Part shown: one piece after another, positions 58,406 through 64,000 of the stretch
Position numbering within the stretch: the stretch's first letter is position 1
How the letters are laid out: each line of letters opens with the position of its first letter
Source of the DNA: Cyanobacteria bacterium auto_48_18
Lineage (GTDB): Bacteria > Cyanobacteriota > Vampirovibrionia > Obscuribacterales > Obscuribacteraceae
Direction: 5' to 3'
Length of the DNA: 64,000 bases
NCBI GenBank assembly: GCA_036170915.1
Contig: JAVHQC010000010.1
Span: forward strand, 64,001 to 128,000
The notes under the pieces: generated by a model
Databases searched by the model: none
What the model was told of the DNA's origin: nothing
Seen by the model: only the letters and a program-made list of their open reading frames with translations
Translations under genes and position numbers: made by a program

Positions 58406-59542
58406 ATGTCTAAGTTTGATTCTGTCTGGCGCTCATTAGATAAAACAGTCGATGCTAAATGGGCACCCGGAATTGTAGCCGGTGTCAGGCACAACGGCGT
58501 CACAGAGTTGTATGCCACAGGTCTGCGTAGTTACGACGCACCAGATGTGATGCAAACAAGTACGCCCTTCCGCATTGCCTCTTTAAGCAAACCACTGGCA
58601 GGTGCGCTTACAGCCTTAATGATCGCAGACGGAGTCTTTGCCCTTGATGATTCAGTCGAGCGCTGGCTGCCTGAATTGTCTAATCAAAAAGTACTTACGC
58701 ATCCGCACGCCGCTCTTGATCAAACCGTGGCTGCCGACAGACCAATCACCATTCGCCATCTGCTGACCATGACAAACGGTATTGGAGCCTTCTTCACCAA
58801 AACACCACTAGCAGTGGCAATGTTATCGGCGGGCCTATCGCCCAGTCCAATTCCGCCTCAGATGTCTGCCGATGAGTTTATGGCCGCCATCGCCAAACTT
58901 CCATTAGCTTATCAGCCTGGCGAACATTGGATGTATCACACTGCCAGCGACATTTTATCAGTGCTGCTGACTCGCGCAGCAAACAAATCATTGGGCGAAC
59001 TTTTAAAAGAAAAAATCACCGGTCCGCTGAACATGCATTCCACAAGTTTCGCTTCAGAAAATACAATCTTGGCCTCGGCATACAGGCCCACACCGCGTGG
59101 CATTGTTGCTTTTGACGAATACAACGAGGCATTTGCACAAGCACCAAAATTCGAAAGCTTGGGCGGCGGGCTGGTTTCTACAGTGCCCGACTATCTCGCT
59201 TTTCTTAGCGCCCTTGCCGACGACACTCTACTGCCGGCTGAGTTGCGCGCGCAAATGACCTCCGATCAGCTGAGTGCCGAACAGAAGGCTGGTATCACAG
59301 AAATGATGGGGCCGACAAAAACCTGGGGCTGGCAGCTGGCCATCGAACTCGCTGTCAGTGAGCCGTGGACGGCGCCCGGGCGTTACGGCTGGACAGGTGG
59401 CTCCGGAACCAGTGCTGTTGTGGATCCTTCCCGCGATCTCATCGGCGTTGTCTTCACTCAACGGCTGATGTCTGGGCCCAATGAGAATTTTTCCTATTTC
59501 TGGGAGCCTCTAGCCGCCGCCGTGAGCCTCCAAGTAATATGA
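58406..59542 (+). CDS. Serine hydrolase, beta-lactamase/esterase family
   Basis: FRIASLSK (SxxK), TIRHLLT, PGEHWMYH, YGWTG. Confidence 0.9.
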   Translation: MSKFDSVWRSLDKTVDAKWAPGIVAGVRHNGVTELYATGLRSYDAPDVMQTSTPFRIASLSKPLAGALTALMIADGVFALDDSVERWLPELSNQKVLTHPHAALDQTVAADRPITIRHLLTMTNGIGAFFTKTPLAVAMLSAGLSPSPIPPQMSADEFMAAIAKLPLAYQPGEHWMYHTASDILSVLLTRAANKSLGELLKEKITGPLNMHSTSFASENTILASAYRPTPRGIVAFDEYNEAFAQAPKFESLGGGLVSTVPDYLAFLSALADDTLLPAELRAQMTSDQLSAEQKAGITEMMGPTKTWGWQLAIELAVSEPWTAPGRYGWTGGSGTSAVVDPSRDLIGVVFTQRLMSGPNENFSYFWEPLAAAVSLQVI

Positions 59543-59620
59543 TAAATGTGACAAATCGCCCTTTGGTTGGCCACACTGAATAATCAAGTGCAAAGGTCTC
59601 CCGTTAACGGACTTTGAAAA

Positions 59621-61330
59621 ATGACTAAGAAACTGGCAATCGTAGGCGGTGGACCAGCCGCCCTCATGGTCTATAAACGACTTGTTGGTTTAAATACAAA
59701 GCTCAGCATTGATATTTTTGAGGCATCCGAGACTCTCGGCAGTGGCATGCCATACAGCCCTTCAGGTGCAGGCGCTGAGCACGTCACCAATGTCTCGTCA
59801 GACGAATTACCTGAGCTTCTGGTGCCGCTGGCCGATTGGTTGAGAGCACTGCCCCAAACCACTCTTGAACAATTTGCAATTCGACGAGAAGAATTTCACG
59901 AAAAGAAAATCTTGCCTCGTTTGTTGTTTGGTCAATACTTGACTGCTCAATTCAATCAAGCCATAGACCTGAGTGCACAAAAAAATATTGAAACGCAAGT
60001 GCATTACAAAACGGTGGTCACCGATATTGGCGAAAGTGAAGCGTCCAGCAAAGCCTCTGCGAAAGTTACAGTAGTCACCGCCGAAGGTGCTTCAGACTTT
60101 GACTGCGTAATTATTTGCACAGGCCACCACTGGCCACATGAGCGCGAAGGCAAAGTGCCTGGATATTTCGATTCGCCCTATCCACCCGCAAAGCTGGCCA
60201 AGCATTTTAATCATAAAATTACTGTGCGCGGCAGTTCGTTGACAGCTGTTGATGCCATTCGTACAACCGCACGACATAACGGCGCGTTCAAATGGATTGG
60301 CGCAAGGCTAACGTTTAAACTCAATGACGATTCGCCGCAATTTCGTATTGCCATGCACTCTCGACATGGCTTGTTGCCTTGCATTCGCGTGCACCTAGAA
60401 GAGCCTCACGCAGGTGGGAAGTCGCTGATTTCGCCTGAAGGTATTGAAGAAAATATACGCAAAAATGACGGTTTTCTCGAGCTTGATTATCTATTTGAAC
60501 AAGGTTTCAAATTGCCGCTGAAAGAAAGTGACCCGGCATTTTATGAACGCATTAAATCAATGAACATCGAAGAGTTTGTTGACGCCATGATGAAGTCGCG
60601 TGAAGCGATTGATCCTTTCACCCTATTTAAGAAAGAATATGTGGAAGCGAAAAAATCCATCGAACAAGAGCGTCCCGTCTACTGGAAAGAGATGCTTTCG
60701 GCTCTGAGCTTTGCTATGAATTATCCGGCTAAATATCTATCAGCCGAAGACATGCTGCGTTTGCGCAAACATCTTATGCCTCTTATTTCTGTGGTAATCG
60801 CCTTCATGCCGCAATCTTCTTGTGAAGAACTAATGGCCTTGCATGACGCCGGAATACTTGAACTAATTTCTGACGGCGATGGCGGAGAAGCTGAAATCAC
60901 AGACGACAATAGAATTATTTACTGCTATGAAGACGACGATGGCAATGAGCAAAAGGTCGAATGCCAAACATTTATAGATTGCATTGGCCAAAAGCCATTG
61001 GCACTCGAACGATTTCCATTTCAGGGCCTGATTAAGGGCGGCACTGTTAGCCACGCTCGCTTAAAATTCAAATCTTCAAAGAGAGCAAAAGAACTTACTG
61101 CCGATGGCGAAAAAAACATTGAAGAGTTGAATGGCGAATATTATTTGCGAGTCTCTGGGGCGAACATCTCAGATAATTTTCAAGTCGTCGATGCCCAAGG
61201 TAAAGCGAGCGAACGTGTTTATTTGATGGCAGTGCCATACATGAGTGGATTCAATCCCGATTATTCAGGGCTCGATTTTTGTGAGCGTGCTTCAGAACTA
61301 ATTGTGTCGCATATTTCGCAAGTGCAATAA
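59621..61330 (+). CDS. FAD/NAD(P)-binding oxidoreductase (NAD_binding_9 type)
   Basis: AIVGGGPA, LGSGMPY, LPRLLFGQYL, ICTGH, GSSLTAVDA, SRHGLLP. Confidence 0.82.
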   Translation: MTKKLAIVGGGPAALMVYKRLVGLNTKLSIDIFEASETLGSGMPYSPSGAGAEHVTNVSSDELPELLVPLADWLRALPQTTLEQFAIRREEFHEKKILPRLLFGQYLTAQFNQAIDLSAQKNIETQVHYKTVVTDIGESEASSKASAKVTVVTAEGASDFDCVIICTGHHWPHEREGKVPGYFDSPYPPAKLAKHFNHKITVRGSSLTAVDAIRTTARHNGAFKWIGARLTFKLNDDSPQFRIAMHSRHGLLPCIRVHLEEPHAGGKSLISPEGIEENIRKNDGFLELDYLFEQGFKLPLKESDPAFYERIKSMNIEEFVDAMMKSREAIDPFTLFKKEYVEAKKSIEQERPVYWKEMLSALSFAMNYPAKYLSAEDMLRLRKHLMPLISVVIAFMPQSSCEELMALHDAGILELISDGDGGEAEITDDNRIIYCYEDDDGNEQKVECQTFIDCIGQKPLALERFPFQGLIKGGTVSHARLKFKSSKRAKELTADGEKNIEELNGEYYLRVSGANISDNFQVVDAQGKASERVYLMAVPYMSGFNPDYSGLDFCERASELIVSHISQVQ

Positions 61331-61361
61331 CGCAGCACAAAGTGCCCGCGTTCATCAATAT

Positions 61362-62621
61362 CTACTTCTCAAATTCATCGGGCAATTTAAACACGTTGAC
61401 AAACGATGTGCCTTTGGCAGATTGCACATTGGTGCCGGTCTGCCAGCTAGCAAAATTGGCTGGCGACATTTTATAACTAGTACCCTTAGTGGCATTTGCA
61501 TCATCTAAAGTGCCATTAAAACTCAATAGGCGTTTTGCATCAGGCGTAAGGAATGGGCCATCCAGATCGCCACCAAAGCCTTTAGAAGAGAGATATAGAT
61601 TGGTGCCGTCTACGCGATACTGGCCGCTTTGTTGCTCAAAAAGCTTTTTATCAAACATGCTTACTGGCAGATAAGAAAAATCAATCTGTCCACGACCCGC
61701 TTCAGTAATCGAATTATTTGCACTGTAATCAGCCATTTTGCCCTCAGGGTCAAGAGCTGAATATTGCTTGTCTGCAGCAAGAAGGCCTATATTGAGACTA
61801 TCGGCACCTTTGTTGCCACCAGCAGCCACAACTTCCAAACCGCGCTCTTGCAACTTTTCAATGCCGTCAGTTATTGCAAGCACGTGTCGCATAAATGCTC
61901 TATCGTTGCGCGAGAACTGATTTGAATTGACATTGTCGCGCATAGCATCGAGTACATGCTCTTTTTCATCGCGAATATTCTCGGCAGTGACCGGGAATCC
62001 AACCAGATTACTCACATCTTTGAATGATGTTTCCAGGCCTAAACTAATATTGACGACATCGCCCTTTTTCAAATCAATTGTGCCATCACTCATACCTTTA
62101 TCGATCTGGCTGAGCGCGCCGGGAATATCCCTATTATTGGCTTTTAGCAGACCCACTTGCATGCGCGTCACATTCAGGCCATTCTCTTCCGCCAGGCGGG
62201 CGCTCAGCTCCCCGTGAGAAAAGCCTTTGTCGTCTTCTAGGAGAATGTCGGTTTCACGGTAATCATCGAGAACAAGCACATTACTTTTGGTGGAATCAGC
62301 CTCAATGCGCCTGGGCAAAATGCTAGCTGGCACCGGATATTGCACTTTTTCTGCGGGTGAGCCGGCACCAGAGTCGACTTTAGCCTCAGGCGCTAGCGGC
62401 AATTTTGGAATTTCTAGGCTTTTCTGCTGGCTATCCGAACCTGGAGTTCTGGCTGGCGATTTAGCCATTTCGGGAGTGCGAGTGGTCATTAAATCGCCGT
62501 CTTTTGCCCAATCAGGACTAGCGCCGGGGTTAAGCCCACCGTCCTTGGCTTCAACTTTTAATTCGGCACTGGTGCGCTTTTCAGGCACTGGCCGGTCTTC
62601 GACCAAATGAGGATCTCCCAA
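61362..62621 (-). CDS. Divergent subtilisin-like (S8) serine protease
   Basis: VLVLDD (Asp), SHG (His), VVNISLG, VAAGGN (oxyanion Asn), GTSF (Ser). Confidence 0.65.
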   Translation of the reverse strand: MGDPHLVEDRPVPEKRTSAELKVEAKDGGLNPGASPDWAKDGDLMTTRTPEMAKSPARTPGSDSQQKSLEIPKLPLAPEAKVDSGAGSPAEKVQYPVPASILPRRIEADSTKSNVLVLDDYRETDILLEDDKGFSHGELSARLAEENGLNVTRMQVGLLKANNRDIPGALSQIDKGMSDGTIDLKKGDVVNISLGLETSFKDVSNLVGFPVTAENIRDEKEHVLDAMRDNVNSNQFSRNDRAFMRHVLAITDGIEKLQERGLEVVAAGGNKGADSLNIGLLAADKQYSALDPEGKMADYSANNSITEAGRGQIDFSYLPVSMFDKKLFEQQSGQYRVDGTNLYLSSKGFGGDLDGPFLTPDAKRLLSFNGTLDDANATKGTSYKMSPANFASWQTGTNVQSAKGTSFVNVFKLPDEFEK

Positions 62622-62750
62622 GAACCCAATTATATGTACCCATTTAAGGTGTCAGACCGAACAGATATCAAATTAAAATGACCTTGTCCGAAAACGGCGA
62701 TCGAATCTGTCTCATCAGAGCTAACATGCTCTTATGGGGTGGGGAAAAAA

Positions 62751-64000
62751 TTGCAAACAGATGCGACGACTTATTATGAGGCTCTGCGTACTCGCGACAA
62801 GCGTTTCGACGGCATCTTCTTTGTGGCTGTGCAAAGCACGCGTATCTACTGCCGCCCGGTCTGCAAAGCTCAAACGCCGCTCTTTAAAAATTGCCAGTTT
62901 CATCGCAGCGCAGCTTCTGCCGAAAAAGCCGGCTACAGGCCATGTCTACGCTGCCGCCCCGAACTGGCACCAGGCAATGCGGCGGTTGATGCTGCCAGTC
63001 GCCTGGCCAATCTGGCAATGACACGCATTGAAGATGGTGCTCTTTCTTCTGGCGGCGTAGATGAACTGGCTGCAGCAATGGGCATCAGCAGTAGGCACTT
63101 GCGACGAGTGGTAGAAGCAGAATACGGAGTTACACCCATCGAATTGGCCCAAACACAAAAACTATTAACCGCAAAAAGATTATTGACTGACACCAACTTG
63201 CCACTGAGTAACGTCGCGCTAGCAAGCGGATTTTCTAGTGTGCGCCGCTTTAACGCGCTATTTTTCGAGCGCTATCGCATGAATCCGACTGAGATACGCA
63301 AAACCGGCGTAGCCAAAGTTGCGTCAGATAGTTTTGTTTGTGAACTGGCTTTCCGTGAACCTTATGACTGGTCTTCAATTTTAAAATTCCTCAAGGTCAG
63401 GGCATGCAGTGGAGTAGAATTTGTAGACGAAACAAAATATATGCGCACAGTTTCACACGCTGGTCATGCTGGCTGGCTGTCAGTCGAGCGCAGTAAAAGT
63501 AAAGACGCACTAACGGTGACAGTTTCCAATTCACTGGCACCAGTATTGCTGCATGTAATTACTCGCTTGAAGCGTCTATTTGATTTGCAATCAGTACCAG
63601 AAATTGTCGACAACCATTTGGGGAAACTGGCGGTAAACCATCCCGGCCTGCGCGTGCCTGGTGCCTTCGACGGCGCAGAGGTAGCGGTGCGCGCCGTTCT
63701 TGGCCAGCAGGTAAGTGTCAAAGGCGCGTCACTTTTAGCGGGAAGATTGGCGAAATTATTAGGCAAACCGATAGTGACACCATTTGAACAATTGCATCTA
63801 TTAACACCCACAGTCAGCGAATTGGCCAACGCGCAGTTAGCTGATATTGCTGCACTGGGTATTATAAAAGCGCGAGCTGCCACCATTATTAGTCTGGCCA
63901 AGGCAATGGAACTTGACGGACTATCATTAGAACCTGGAGCCGAAATTAATCGCACAAAAATGCAACTGAAAAACATTGCCGGCATCGGCGACTGGACCGC
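62751..64000 (+). CDS. alkA: Ada-AlkA fusion (Ada Zn-binding + AraC HTH + AlkA N-terminal + HhH-GPD glycosylase), partial at the window end
   Basis: Manual translation from TTG 62751: RDKRFDGIFF..IYCRPVC..GYRPCLRCRPE; GISSRHLRR; SGFSSVRRFN; PYDW; GLRVPG; VLGQQVS; IAGIGDWT. Confidence 0.92.
   Translation, partial: MQTDATTYYEALRTRDKRFDGIFFVAVQSTRIYCRPVCKAQTPLFKNCQFHRSAASAEKAGYRPCLRCRPELAPGNAAVDAASRLANLAMTRIEDGALSSGGVDELAAAMGISSRHLRRVVEAEYGVTPIELAQTQKLLTAKRLLTDTNLPLSNVALASGFSSVRRFNALFFERYRMNPTEIRKTGVAKVASDSFVCELAFREPYDWSSILKFLKVRACSGVEFVDETKYMRTVSHAGHAGWLSVERSKSKDALTVTVSNSLAPVLLHVITRLKRLFDLQSVPEIVDNHLGKLAVNHPGLRVPGAFDGAEVAVRAVLGQQVSVKGASLLAGRLAKLLGKPIVTPFEQLHLLTPTVSELANAQLADIAALGIIKARAATIISLAKAMELDGLSLEPGAEINRTKMQLKNIAGIGDWT

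Noticed and set aside
58406..59542. Antibiotic-resistance beta-lactamase
   Set aside because: No signal peptide, and the motif pattern (YH, GWTG) fits cytoplasmic family VIII esterase-like serine hydrolases.
62734..63985. Track ORFs 62734-63021 (+) and 63464-63985 (-)
   Set aside because: They are alternative-frame or antisense shadows of the Ada-AlkA CDS, which the track missed because its stop lies beyond the window.

Overview
This 64-kb bacterial window is of moderate GC. Its housekeeping genes look cyanobacterial, but it has no photosynthesis genes, which fits a non-photosynthetic Cyanobacteriota relative (Melainabacteria/Vampirovibrionia, Obscuribacterales-like). That placement is an inference. 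The first ~28 kb is mostly core: a PucR regulator with potA/potD, TolC, tRNA-Ala(GGC), an amidase, coaX, glmU, bioY, the secA-tsaB-rimI operon and rlmN. The rest is accessory-like: a LOV histidine kinase divergent from a Crp/Fnr regulator, patatin, tal, a pseudo-receiver, a LysM/papain-like protease, TPR/PDZ, zinc-ribbon and TadG-like proteins, a CntA-like Rieske oxygenase, an aldolase-isomerase-phosphatase-MFS sugar operon, a Tat flavin amine oxidase with a VMAT-like MFS, an S8-like protease and a partial Ada/AlkA. I found no transposase, integrase, prophage, rRNA or CRISPR array. The best leads are (i) an unannotated ~110-nt structured RNA ending in a terminator just upstream of glmU, (ii) a 55-aa ORF missed by the ORF track, with its own terminator and an upstream palindrome, (iii) a kinase-less sugar operon, (iv) a recurring amine-metabolism theme, (v) an ~84-aa insertion in SecA NBD2, and (vi) a blue-light LOV kinase in an apparently non-photosynthetic organism. 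All product calls come from motif recognition by eye; no searches were run.
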